From the human T2T-CHM13v2.0 reference genome, Homo sapiens: a DNA stretch of 64,000 nucleotides. Under the pieces are notes generated by a model, which was not told the origin of the DNA, searched no databases, and worked only from the letters and a program-made list of their open reading frames with translations. Below are positions 24,301-37,600 of the stretch, one piece after another. Within the stretch, counting starts at the first letter, position 1. Each line of letters starts with the position of its first letter. A program made the translations under genes and the position numbers. The stretch lies in assembly GCF_009914755.1 (NCBI RefSeq), contig NC_060929.1; one strand, given 5' to 3'.

Positions 24301-27300
24301 GGATATTCAGCCCTCTTTGAGGCCTTCGTTGGAAACGGGTTTTTTTCATATAAGGCTAGACAGAAGAATTCCCAGTAACTTCCTTGTGTTGTGTGTGTTC
24401 AACTCACAGAGTTGAACTTTCATTTACACAGAGCAGATTTGAAACACTCTTTTTGTGGAATTTGCAAGTGGAGATTTCAAGCGCTTTGAGGCCAAAGGCA
24501 GAAAAGGAAATATCTTCGTATAAAAACTAGACAGAATCATTCTCAGAAACTGCTCTGCGATGTGTGCGTTCAACTCTCAGAGTTTAACTTTTCTTTTCAT
24601 TCAGCAGTTTGGAAACACTCTGTTTGTAAAGTCTGCACGTGGATATTTTGACCACTTAGAGGCCTTCGTTGGAAACGGGTTTTTTTCCTGTAAGGCTAGA
24701 CAGAAGAATTCCCAGTAACTTCCTTGTGTTGTGTACATTCAACTCACAGAGTTGAACCTTCCCTTAGACAGAGCAGATTTGAAACACTCTTTTTGTGCAA
24801 TTGGCAAGTGGAGATTTCAAGCGCTTTGAGGTCAATGGCAGAAAAGGAAATATCTTCGTTTCAAAACTAGACAGAATCATTCCCACAAACTGCGTTGTGA
24901 TGTGTTCGTTCAACTCACAGAGTTTAACCTTTCTTTTCATAGAGCAGTTAGGAAACAGTCTGTTTGAAAATTCTGTAAGTGGATATTCTGACATCTTGTG
25001 GCCTTCGTTGGAAACGGGATTTCTTCATATTCTGCTAGACAGAAGAATTCTCAGAATCTTCCTTGTGTTGTGTGTATTCAACTCACAGAGTTGAACGATG
25101 GTTTACACAGAGCAGATTTGAAACACTCATTTGGTGGAATTTGCAAGTGGAGATTTCAGCCGCTTTGAGGTCAATGGTAGAAAAGGAAATATCTTCGTAT
25201 AACAACTAGACAGAATGACTCTCAGAAACTTCTTTGTGATGTGTGTGTTCAACTCACAGAGTTTAACCTTTCTTTTCATAGAGCAGTTAGGAAACACTGT
25301 GTTTTTAAACTCTGCAAGTGGATATTCAGACCTCTTTGAGGCCTTCGTTGGAAACGGGATTTCTTCATACTGTGCTAGACAGAAGAATTCTCAGTAACTT
25401 CCTTGTGTTGTGTGTATTCAACTCACAGAGTTGAACGATCCTTTAAACAGAGCAGACTTGAAACACTCTTTTTGTGGAATTTGCAAGTGGAGATTTCAGC
25501 CGCGTTGAGGTCAATGGTAGAAAAGGAAATATCTTCGTATAAAAACTAGACAGAATGATTCTCAGAAACTCCTTTGTGATGTGTGTGTTCAACTCACAGA
25601 GTTTAACATTTCTTTTCATAGAGCAGTTAGGAAACACTCTGTTTGTAAAGTCTGCAAGTGGATATTCAGACCTCTTTGAGGCCTTCGTTGGAAACGGGTT
25701 TTTTTCATATAAGGCTAGACAGAAGAATTCCCAGTAACTTCCTTGTGTTGTGTGTGTTCAACTCACAGAGTTGAACTTTCATTTACACAGAGCAGATTTG
25801 AAACACTCTTTTTGTGGAATTTGCAAATGGAGATTTCAAGCGCTTTGAGGCCAAAGGCAGAAAAGGAAATATCTTCGTATAAAAACTAGACAGAATCATT
25901 CTCAGAAACTGCTCTGCGATGTGTGCGTTCAACTCTCAGAGTTTAACTTTTCTTTTCATTCAGCAGTTTGGAAACACTCTGTTTGTAACGTCTGCACGTG
26001 AATAATTTGACCACTTAGAGGCCTTCGTTGGAAACGGGTTTTTTTCATGTAAGGCTAGACAGAAGAATTCTCAGTAACTTCCTTGTGTTGTGTACATTCA
26101 ACTCACAGAGTTGAACGTTCCCTTAGACAGAGCAGATTTGAAACACTCTTTTTGTGCAATTGGCAAGTGGAGATTTCAAGCGCTTTAAGGTCAATGGCAG
26201 AAAAGGAAATATCTTCGTTTCAAAACTAGAGAGAATCATTCCCAAAAACTGCGTTGTGATGTGTTCGTTCATCTCACAGAGTTTAACCTTTCTTTTCATA
26301 GAGCAGTTAGGAAACACTCTGTTTGTAAATTCTGTAAGTGGATATTCTGACATCTTGTGGCCTTCGTTGGAAACGGGATTTCTTCATATTCTGCTAGACA
26401 GAAGAATTCTCAGAATCTTCCTTGTGTTGTGTGTATTCAACTCACACAGTTGAACGATGGTTTACACAGAGCAGATTTGAAACACTCTTTTTGTGGAATT
26501 TGCAAGTGGAGATTTCAGCCGCTTTGAGGTCAATGGTAGAAAAGGAAATATCTTCGTATAAAAACTAGACAGAATGATTCTCAGAAACTTCTTTGTGATG
26601 TGTGCGTTCAACTCACAGAGTTTAACCTTTCTTTTCATAGAGCAGTTAGGAAACACTCTGTTTGTAAACTCTGCAAGTGGATATTCAGACCTCTTTGAGG
26701 CCTTCGTTGGAAACGGGATTTCTTCATACTGTGCTAGACAGAAGAATTCTCAGTAACTTCCTTGTGTTGTGTGTATTCAACTCACAGAGTTGACCGATCC
26801 TTTACACAGAGTAGACTTGTAACACTCTTTTTGTGGAATTTGCAAGTGGAGATTTCAGCCGCTTTGAAGTCAAAGGTAGAAAAGGGAATATCTTCCTATA
26901 AAAACTAGACAGAATGATTCTCAGAAACTCCTTTGTGATGTGTGCGTTCAACTCACAGAGTTTAACCTTTCTTTTCATAGAGCAGTTAGGAAACACTCTG
27001 TTTGTAAAGTCTGCAAGTGGATATTCAGACCTCTTTGAGGCCTTCGTTGGAAACGGGTTTTTTTCATATAAGGCTAGACAGAAGAATTCCCAGTAACTTC
27101 CTTGTGTTGTGTGTGTTCAACTCACAGAGTTGAACTTTCATTTACACAGAGCAGATTTGAAACACTCTTTTTGTGGAATTTGCAAGTGGAGATTTCAAGC
27201 GCTGTGAGGCCAAAGGCAGAAAAGGAAATATCTTCGTATAAAAACTAGACAGAATCATTCTCAGAAACTGCTCTGCGATGTGTGCGTTCAACTCTCAGAG

Positions 27301-30300
27301 TTTAACTTTTCTTTTCATTCAGCAGTTTGGAAACACTCTGTTTGTAAAGTCTGCACGTGGATAATTTGACCACTGAGAGGCCTTCGTTGGAAACGGGTTT
27401 TTTTCATGTAAGGCTAGACAGAAGAATTCTCAGTAACTTCCTTGTGTTGTGTGTATTCAACTCACAGAGTTGAACGATCCTTTACACAGAGCAGACTTGT
27501 AACACTCTTTTTGTGGAATTTGCAAGTGGAGATTTCAGCCGCTTTGAAGTCAAAGGTAGAAAAGGAAATATCTTCCTATAAAAACTAGACAGATAGATTC
27601 TCAGAAACTCCTTTGTGATGTGTGCGTTCAACTCACAGAGTTTAACCTTTCTTTTCATAGAGCAGTTAGGAAACACTCTGTTTGTAAAGTCTGCAAGTGG
27701 ATATTCAGACCTCTTTGAGGCCTTCGTTGGAAACGGGTTTTTTTCATATAAGGCTAGACAGAAGAATTCCCAGTAACTTCCTTGTGTTGTGTGTGTTCAA
27801 CTCACAGAGTTGAACTTTCATTTACACAGAGCAGATTTGAAACACTCTTTTTGTGGAATTTGCAAGTGGAGATGTCAAGCGCTTTGAGGCCAAAGGCAGA
27901 AAAGGAAATATCTTCGTATAAAAACTAGACAGAATTCATTCTCAGAGACTGCTCTGTGATGTGTGCGTTCAACTCTCAGAGTTTAACTTTTCTTTTCATT
28001 CAGCAGTTTGGAAACACTCTGTTTGTAAAGTCTGCACGTGGATAATTTGACCACTTAGAGGCCTTCGTTGGAAACGGGTTTTTTTCATGTAAGGCTAGAC
28101 AGAAGAGTTCTCAGTAACTTCCTTGTGTTGTGTGTATTCAACTCACACAGTTGAACGATCCTTTACAGAGAGCAGACTTGTAACACTCTTTTTGTGGAAT
28201 TTGCAAGTGGAGATTTCAGCCGCTTTGAATTCAAAGTAGAAAAGGAAATATCTTCCTATAAAAACTAGACAGAATGATTCTCAGAAACTCCTTTGTGATG
28301 TGTGCGTTCAACTCACAGAGTTTAACCTTTCTTTTCATAGAGCAGTTAGGAAACACTCTGTTTGTAAAGTCTGCAAGTGGATATTCAGACCTCTTTGAGG
28401 CCTTCGTTGGAAACGGGTTTTTTTCATATAAGGCTAGACAGAAGAATTCCCAGTAACTTCCTTGTGTTGTGTGTGTTCAACTCACAGAGTTGAACTTTCA
28501 TTTACACAGAGCAGATTTGAAACACTCTTTTTGTGGAATTTGCAGGTGGAGATTTCAAGCGCTTTGAGGCCAAAGGCAGAAAAGGAAATATCTTCGTATA
28601 AAAACTAGACAGAATCATTCTCAGAAACTGCTCTGCGATGTGTGCGTTCAACTCTCAGAGTTTAACTTTTCTTTTCATTCAGCAGTTTGGAAACACTCTG
28701 TTTGTAAAGTCTGCACGTGGATAATTTGACCACTTAGAGGCCTTCGTTGGAAACGGGTTTTTTTCATTTAAGGCTAGACAGAAGAATTCTCAGTAACTTC
28801 CTTGTGTTGTGTGTATTCAACTCACAGAGTTGAACGATCCTTTACACAGAGCAGACTTGTAACACTCTTTTTGTGGAATTTGCAAGTGGAGATTTCAGCC
28901 GCTTTGAAGTCAAAGGTAGAAAAGGAAATATCTTCCTATAAAAACTAGACAGAATGATTCTCAGAAACTCCTTTGAGATGTGTGCGTTCAACTCACAGAG
29001 TTTAACCTTTCTTTTCATAGAGCAGTTAGGAAACACTCTGCTTGTAAAGTCTGCAAGTGGATATTCAGCCCTCTTTGAGGCCTTCGTTGGAAACGGGTTT
29101 TTTTCATATAAGGCTAGACAGAAGAATTCCCAGTAACTTCCTTGTGTTGTGTGTGTTCAACTCACAGAGTTGAACTTTCATTTACACAGAGCAGATTTGA
29201 AACACTCTTTTTGTGGAATTTGCAAGTGGAGATTTCAAGCGCTTTGAGGCCAAAGGCAGAAAAGGAAATATCTTCGTATAAAAACTAGACAGAATCATTC
29301 TCAGAAACTGCTCTGCGATGTGTGCGTTCAACTCTCAGAGTTTAACTTTTCTTTTCATTCAGCAGTTTGGAAACACTCTGTTTGTAAAGTCTGCACGTGG
29401 ATATTTTGACCACTTAGAGGCCTTCGTTGGAAACGGGTTTTTTTCCTGTAAGGCTAGACAGAAGAATTCCCAGTAACTTCATTGTGTTGTGTACATTCAA
29501 CTCACAGAGTTGAACCTTCCCTTAGACAGAGCAGATTTGAAACACTCTTTTTGTGCAATTGGCAAGTGGAGATTTCAAGCGCTTTGAGGTCAATGGCAGA
29601 AAAGGAAATATCTTCGTTTCAAAACTAGACAGAATCATTCCCACAAACTGCGTTGTGATGTGTTCGTTCAACTCACAGAGTTTAACCTTTCTTTTCATAG
29701 AGCAGTTAGGAAACAGTCTGTTTGAAAATTCTGTAAGTGGATATTCTGACATCTTGTGGCCTTCGTTGGAAACGGGATTTCTTCATATTCTGCTAGACAG
29801 AAGAATTCTCAGAATCTTCCTTGTGTTGTGTGTATTCAACTCACAGAGTTGAACGATGGTTTACACAGAGCAGATTTGAAACACTCATTTGGTGGAATTT
29901 GCAAGTGGAGATTTCAGCCGCTTTGAGGTCAATGGTAGAAAAGGAAATATCTTCGTATAACAACTAGACAGAATGACTCTCAGAAACTTCTTTGTGATGT
30001 GTGTGTTCAACTCACAGAGTTTAACCTTTCTTTTCATAGAGCAGTTAGGAAACACTGTGTTTTTAAACTCTGCAAGTGGATATTCAGACCTCTTTGAGGC
30101 CTTCGTTGGAAACGGGATTTCTTCATACTGTGCTAGACAGAAGAATTCTCAGTAACTTCCTTGTGTTGTGTGTATTCAACTCACAGAGTTGAACGATCCT
30201 TTAAACAGAGCAGACTTGAAACACTCTTTTTGTGGAATTTGCAAGTGGAGATTTCAGCCGCGTTGAGGTCAATGGTAGAAAAGGAAATATCTTCGTATAA

Positions 30301-30840
30301 AAACTAGACAGAATGATTCTCAGAAACTCCTTTGTGATGTGTGTGTTCAACTCACAGAGTTTAACATTTCTTTTCATAGAGCAGTTAGGAAACACTCTGT
30401 TTGTAAAGTCTGCAAGTGGATATTCAGACCTCTTTGAGGCCTTCGTTGGAAACGGGTTTTTTTCATATAAGGCTAGACAGAAGAATTCCCAGTAACTTCC
30501 TTGTGTTGTGTGTGTTCAACTCACAGAGTTGAACTTTCATTTACACAGAGCAGATTTGAAACACTCTTTTTGTGGAATTTGCAAATGGAGATTTCAAGCG
30601 CTTTGAGGCCAAAGGCAGAAAAGGAAATATCTTCGTATAAAAACTAGACAGAATCATTCTCAGAAACTGCTCTGCGATGTGTGCGTTCAACTCTCAGAGT
30701 TTAACTTTTCTTTTCATTCAGCAGTTTGGAAACACTCTGTTTGTAACGTCTGCACGTGAATAATTTGACCACTTAGAGGCCTTCGTTGGAAACGGGTTTT
30801 TTTCATGTAAGGCTAGACAGAAGAATTCTCAGTAACTTCC
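21325..30840 (+). repeat. Tandem duplication, unit 4758 bp (14 dimers)
   Basis: Private variants recur at +4758: GAGTAGAC, CCACTGAGAGG, GAGATGTC, a 1-bp insertion CAGAATTCATT (23174/27932) and GAATTCAAAG (23469/28227). ORF coordinates are offset by exactly 4758. Confidence 0.92.
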
Positions 30841-33800
30841 TTGTGTTGTGTGTATTCAACTCACAGAGTTGAACGATCCTTTACACAGAGCAGACTTGTA
30901 ACACTCTTTTTGTGGAATTTGCAAGTGGAGATTTCAGCCGCTTTGAAGTCAAAGGTAGAAAAGGGAATATCTTCCTATAAAAACTAGACAGAATGATTCT
31001 CAGAAACTCCTTTGTGATGTGTGCGTTCAACTCACAGAGTTTAACCTTTCTTTTCATAGAGCAGTTAGGAAACACTCTGTTTCTAAAGTCTGCAAGTGGA
31101 TATTCAGACCTCTTTGAGGCCTTCGTTGGAAACGGGTTTTTTTCATATAAGGCTAGAGAGAAGAATTCCCAGTAACTTCCTTGTGTTGTGTGTGTTCAAC
31201 TCACAGAGTTGAACTTTCATTTACACAGAGCAGATTTGAAACACTCTTTTTGTGGAATTTGCAAGTGGAGATTTCAAGCGCTGTGAGGCCAAAGGCAGAA
31301 AAGGAAATATCTTCGTATAAAAACTAGACAGAATCATTCTCAGAAACTGCTCTGCGATGTGTGCGTTCAACTCTCAGAGTTTAACTTTTCTTTTCATTCA
31401 GCAGTTTGGAAACACTCTGTTTGTAAAGTCTGCACGTGGATAATTTGACCACTTAGAGGCCTTCGTTGGAAACGGGTTTTTTTCATGCAAGGCTAGACAG
31501 AAGAATTCTCAGTAACTTCCTTGTGTTGTGTGTATTCAACTCACAGAGTTGAACGATCCTTTACACAGAGCAGACTTGTAACACTCTTTTTGTGGAATTT
31601 GCAAGTGGAGATTTCAGCCGCTTTGAAGTCAAAGGTAGAAAAGGAAATATCTTCCTATAAAAACTAGACAGATAGATTCTCAGAAACTCCTTTGTGATGT
31701 GTGCGTTCAACTCACAGAGTTTAACCTTTCTTTTCATAGAGCAGTTAGGAAACACTCTGTTTGTAAAGTCTGCAAGTGGATATTCAGACCTCTTTGAGGC
31801 CATCGTTGGAAACGGGTTTTTTTCATATAAGGCTAGACAGAAGAATTCCCAGTAACTTCCTTGTGTTGTGTGTGTTCAACTCACAGAGTTGAACTTTCAT
31901 TTACACAGAGCAGATTTGAAACACTCTTTTTGTGGAATTTGCAAGTGGAGATTTCAAGCGCTTTGAGGCCAAAGGCAGAAAAGGAAATATCTTCGTATAA
32001 AAACTAGACAGAATCATTCTCAGAAACTGCTCTGCGATGTGTGCGTTCAACTCTCAGAGTTTAACTTTTCTTTTCATTCAGCAGTTTGGAAACACTCTGT
32101 TTGTAAAGTCTGCACGTGGATATTTTGACCACTTAGAGGCCTTCGTTGGAAACGGGTTTTTTTCCTGTAAGGCTAGACAGAAGAATTCCCAGTAACTTCC
32201 TTGTGTTGTGTACATTCAACTCACAGAGTTGAACCTTCCCTTAGACAGAGCAGATTTGAAACACTCTTTTTGTGCAATTGGCAAGTGGAGATTTCAAGCG
32301 CTTTGAGGTCAATGGCAGAAAAGGAAATATCTTCGTTTCAAAACTAGACAGAATCATTCCCACAAACTGCGTTGTGATGTGTTCGTTCAACTCACAGAGT
32401 TTAACCTTTCTTTTCATAGAGCAGTTAGGAAACAGTCTGTTTGAAAATTCTGTAAGTGGATATTCTGACATCTTGTGGCCTTCGTTGGAAACGGGATTTC
32501 TTCATATTCTGCTAGACAGAAGAATTCTCAGAATCTTCCTTGTGTTGTGTGTATTCAACTCACAGAGTTGAACGATGGTTTACACAGAGCAGATTTGAAA
32601 CACTCATTTGGTGGAATTTGCAAGTGGAGATTTCAGCCGCTTTGAGGTCAATGGTAGAAAAGGAAATATCTTCGTATAACAACTAGACAGAATGACTCTC
32701 AGAAACTTCTTTGTGATGTGTGTGTTCAACTCACAGAGTTTAACCTTTCTTTTCATAGAGCAGTTAGGAAACACTGTGTTTTTAAACTCTGCAAGTGGAT
32801 ATTCAGACCTCTTTGAGGCCTTCGTTGGAAACGGGATTTCTTCATACTGTGCTAGACAGAAGAATTCTCAGTAACTTCCTTGTGTTGTGTGTATTCAACT
32901 CACAGAGTTGAACGATCCTTTAAACAGAGCAGACTTGAAACACTCTTTTTGTGGAATTTGCAAGTGGAGATTTCAGCCGCGTTGAGGTCAATGGTAGAAA
33001 AGGAAATATCTTCGTATAAAAACTAGACAGAATGATTCTCAGAAACTCCTTTGTGATGTGTGTGTTCAACTCACAGAGTTTAACATTTCTTTTCATAGAG
33101 CAGTTAGGAAACACTCTGTTTGTAAAGTCTGCAAGTGGATATTCAGACCTCTTTGAGGCCTTCGTTGGAAACGGGTTTTTTTCATATAAGGCTAGACAGA
33201 AGAATTCCCAGTAACTTCCTTGTGTTGTGTGTGTTCAACTCACAGAGTTGAACTTTCATTTACACAGAGCAGATTTGAAACACTCTTTTTGTGGAATTTG
33301 CAAATGGAGATTTCAAGCGCTTTGAGGCCAAAGGCAGAAAAGGAAATATCTTCGTATAAAAACTAGACAGAATCATTCTCAGAAACTGCTCTGCGATGTG
33401 TGCGTTCAACTCTCAGAGTTTAACTTTTCTTTTCATTCAGCAGTTTGGAAACACTCTGTTTGTAACGTCTGCACGTGAATAATTTGACCACTTAGAGGCC
33501 TTCGTTGGAAACGGGTTTTTTTCATGTAAGGCTAGACAGAAGAATTCTCAGTAACTTCCTTGTGTTGTGTGTATTCAACTCACAGAGTTGAACGATCCTT
33601 TACACAGAGCAGACTTGTAACACTCTTTTTGTGGAATTTGCAAGTGGAGATTTCAGCCGCTTTGAAGTCAAAGGTAGAAAAGGGAATATCTTCCTATAAA
33701 AACTAGACAGAATGATTCTCAGAAACTCCTTTGTGATGTGTGCGTTCAACTCACAGAGTTTAACCTTTCTTTTCATAGAGCAGTTAGGAAACACTCTGTT

Positions 33801-34640
33801 TCTAAAGTCTGCAAGTGGATATTCAGACCTCTTTGAGGCCTTCGTTGGAAACGGGTTTTTTTCATATAAGGCTAGAGAGAAGAATTCCCAGTAACTTCCT
33901 TGTGTTGTGTGTGTTCAACTCACAGAGTTGAACTTTCATTTACACAGAGCAGATTTGAAACACTCTTTTTGTGGAATTTGCAAGTGGAGATTTCAAGCGC
34001 TGTGAGGCCAAAGGCAGAAAAGGAAATATCTTCGTATAAAAACTAGACAGAATCATTCTCAGAAACTGCTCTGCGATGTGTGCGTTCAACTCTCAGAGTT
34101 TAACTTTTCTTTTCATTCAGCAGTTTGGAAACACTCTGTTTGTAAAGTCTGCACGTGGATAATTTGACCACTTAGAGGCCTTCGTTGGAAACGGGTTTTT
34201 TTCATGCAAGGCTAGACAGAAGAATTCTCAGTAACTTCCTTGTGTTGTGTGTATTCAACTCACAGAGTTGAACGATCCTTTACACAGAGCAGACTTGTAA
34301 CACTCTTTTTGTGGAATTTGCAAGTGGAGATTTCAGCCGCTTTGAAGTCAAAGGTAGAAAAGGAAATATCTTCCTATAAAAACTAGACAGATAGATTCTC
34401 AGAAACTCCTTTGTGATGTGTGCGTTCAACTCACAGAGTTTAACCTTTCTTTTCATAGAGCAGTTAGGAAACACTCTGTTTGTAAAGTCTGCAAGTGGAT
34501 ATTCAGACCTCTTTGAGGCCATCGTTGGAAACGGGTTTTTTTCATATAAGGCTAGACAGAAGAATTCCCAGTAACTTCCTTGTGTTGTGTGTGTTCAACT
34601 CACAGAGTTGAACTTTCATTTACACAGAGCAGATTTGAAA
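29200..34640 (+). repeat. Tandem duplication, unit 2719 bp (8 dimers); boundaries approximate
   Basis: ORF offsets 29522/32241, 30201/32920, 30881/33600, 31561/34280. Shared CATGCAAGG and GGCCATCG variants. Confidence 0.88.
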
Positions 34641-37600
34641 CACTCTTTTTGTGGAATTTGCAGGTGGAGATTTCAAGCCCTTTGAGGCCAAAGGCAGAAA
34701 AGGAAATATCTTCGTATAAAAACTAGACAGAATCATTCTCAGAAACTGCTCTGCGATGTGTGCGTTCAACTCTCAGAGTTTAACTTTTCTTTTCATTCAG
34801 CAGTTTGGAAACACTCTGTTTGTAAAGTCTGCACGTGGATAATTTGACCACTTAGAGGCCTTCGTTGGAAACGGGTTTTTTTCATGTAAGGCTAGACAGA
34901 AGAATTCTCAGTAACTTCCTTGTGTTGTGTGTATTCAACTCACAGAGTTGAACGATCCTTTACACAGAGCAGACTTGTAACACTCTTTTTGTGGAATTTG
35001 CAAGTGGAGATTTCAGCCGCTTTGAAGTCAAAGGTAGAAAAGGAAATATCTTCCTATAAAAACTAGACAGAATGATTCTCAGAAACTCCTTTGTGATGTG
35101 TGCGTTCAACTCACAGAGTTTAACCTTTCTTTTCATAGAGCAGTTAGGAAACACTCTGCTTGTAAAGTCTGCAAGTGGATATTCAGCCCTCTTTGAGGCC
35201 TTCGTTGGAAACGGGTTTTTTTCATATAAGGCTAGACAGAAGAATTCCCAGTAACTTCCTTGTGTTGTGTGTGTTCAACTCACAGAGTTGAACTTTCATT
35301 TACACAGAGCAGATTTGAAACACTCTTTTTGTGGAATTTGCAAGTGGAGATTTCAAGCGCTTTGAGGCCAAAGGCAGAAAAGGAAATATCTTCGTATAAA
35401 AACTAGACAGAATCATTCTCAGAAACTGCTCTGCGATGTGTGCGTTCAACTCTCAGAGTTTAACTTTTCTTTTCATTCAGCAGTTTGGAAACACTCTGTT
35501 TGTAAAGTCTGCACGTGGATATTTTGACCACTTAGAGGCCTTCGTTGGAAACGGGTTTTTTTCCTGTAAGGCTAGACAGAAGAATTCCCAGTAACTTCCT
35601 TGTGTTGTGTACATTCAACTCACAGAGTTGAACGTTCCCTTAGACAGAGCAGATTTGAAACACTCTTTTTGTGCAATTGGCAAGTGGAGATTTCAAGCGC
35701 TTTGAGGTCAATGGCAGAAAAGGAAATATCTTCGTTTCAAAACTAGACAGAATCATTCCCACAAACTGCGTTGTGATGTGTTCGTTCAACTCACAGAGTT
35801 TAACCTTTCTTTTCATAGAGCAGTTAGGAAACAGTCTGTTTGAAAATTCTGTAAGTGGATATTCTGACATCTTGTGGCCTTCGTTGGAAACGGGATTTCT
35901 TCATATTCTGCTAGACAGAAGAATTCTCAGAATCTTCCTTGTGTTGTGTGTATTCAACTCACAGAGTTGAACGATGGTTTACACAGAGCAGATTTGAAAC
36001 ACTCATTTGGTGGAATTTGCAAGTGGAGATTTCAGCCGCTTTGAGGTCAATGGTAGAAAAGGAAATATCTTCGTATAACAACTAGACAGAATGATTCTCA
36101 GAAACTTCTTTGTGATGTGTGTGTTCAACTCACAGAGTTTAACCTTTCTTTTCATAGAGCAGTTAGGAAACACTGTGTTTTTAAACTCTGCAAGTGGATA
36201 TTCAGACCTCTTTGAGGCCTTCGTTGGAAACGGGATTTCTTCATACTGTGCTAGACAGAAGAATTCTCAGTAACTTCCTTGTGTTGTGTGTATTCAACTC
36301 ACAGAGTTGAACGATCCTTTACACAGAGCAGACTTGAAACACTCTTTTTGTGGAATTTGCAAGTGGAGATTTCAGCCGCGTTGAGGTCAATGGTATAAAA
36401 GGAAATATCTTCGTATAAAAACTAGACAGAATGATTCTCAGAAACTCCTTTGTGATGTGTGTGTTCAACTCACAGAGTTTAACATTTCTTTTCATAGAGC
36501 AGTTAGGAAACACTCTGTTTGTAAAGTCTGCAAGTGGATATTCAGACCTCTTTGAGGCCTTCGTTGGAAACGGGTTTTTTTCATATAAGGCTAGACAGAA
36601 GAATTCCCAGTAACTTCCTTGTGTTGTGTGTGTTCAACTCACAGAGTTGAACTTTCATTTACACAGAGCAGATTTGAAACACTCTTTTTGTGGAATTTGC
36701 AAATGGAGATTTCAAGCGCTTTGAGGCCAAAGGCAGAAAAGGAAATATCTTCGTATAAAAACTAGACAGAATCATTCTCAGAAACTGCTCTGCGATGTGT
36801 GCGTTCAACTCTCAGAGTTTAACTTTTCTTTTCATTCAGCAGTTTGGAAACACTCTGTTTGTAACGTCTGCACGTGAATAATTTGACCACTTAGAGGCCT
36901 TCGTTGGAAGCGGGTTTTTTTCATGTAAGGCTAGACAGAAGAATTCTCAGTAACTTCCTTGTGTTGTGTGTATTCAACTCACAGAGTTGAACGATCCTTT
37001 ACACAGAGCAGACTTGTAACACTCTTTTTGTGGAATTTGCAAGTGGAGATTTCAGCCGCTTTGAAGTCAAAGGTAGAAAAGGAAATATCTTCCTATAAAA
37101 ACTAGACAGAATGATTCTCAGAAACTCCTTTGTGATGTGTGCGTTCAACTCACAGAGTTTAACCTTTCTTTTCATAGAGCAGTTAGGAAACACTCTGCTT
37201 GTAAAGTCTGCAAGTGGATATTCAGCCCTCTTTGAGGCCTTCGTTGGAAACGGGTTTTTTTCATATAAGGCTAGACAGAAGAATTCCCAGTAACTTCCTT
37301 GTGTTGTGTGTGTTCAACTCACAGAGTTGAACTTTCATTTACACAGAGCAGATTTGAAACACTCTTTTTGTGGAATTTGCAAGTGGAGATTTCAAGCGCT
37401 TTGAGGCCAAAGGCAGAAAAGGAAATATCTTCGTATAAAAACTAGACAGAATCATTCTCAGAAGCTGCTCTGCGATGTGTGCGTTCAACTCTCAGAGTTT
37501 AACTTTTCTTTTCATTCAGCAGTTTGGAAACACTCTGTTTGTAAAGTCTGCACGTGGATATTTTGACCACTTAGAGGCCTTCGTTGGAAACGGGTTTTTT

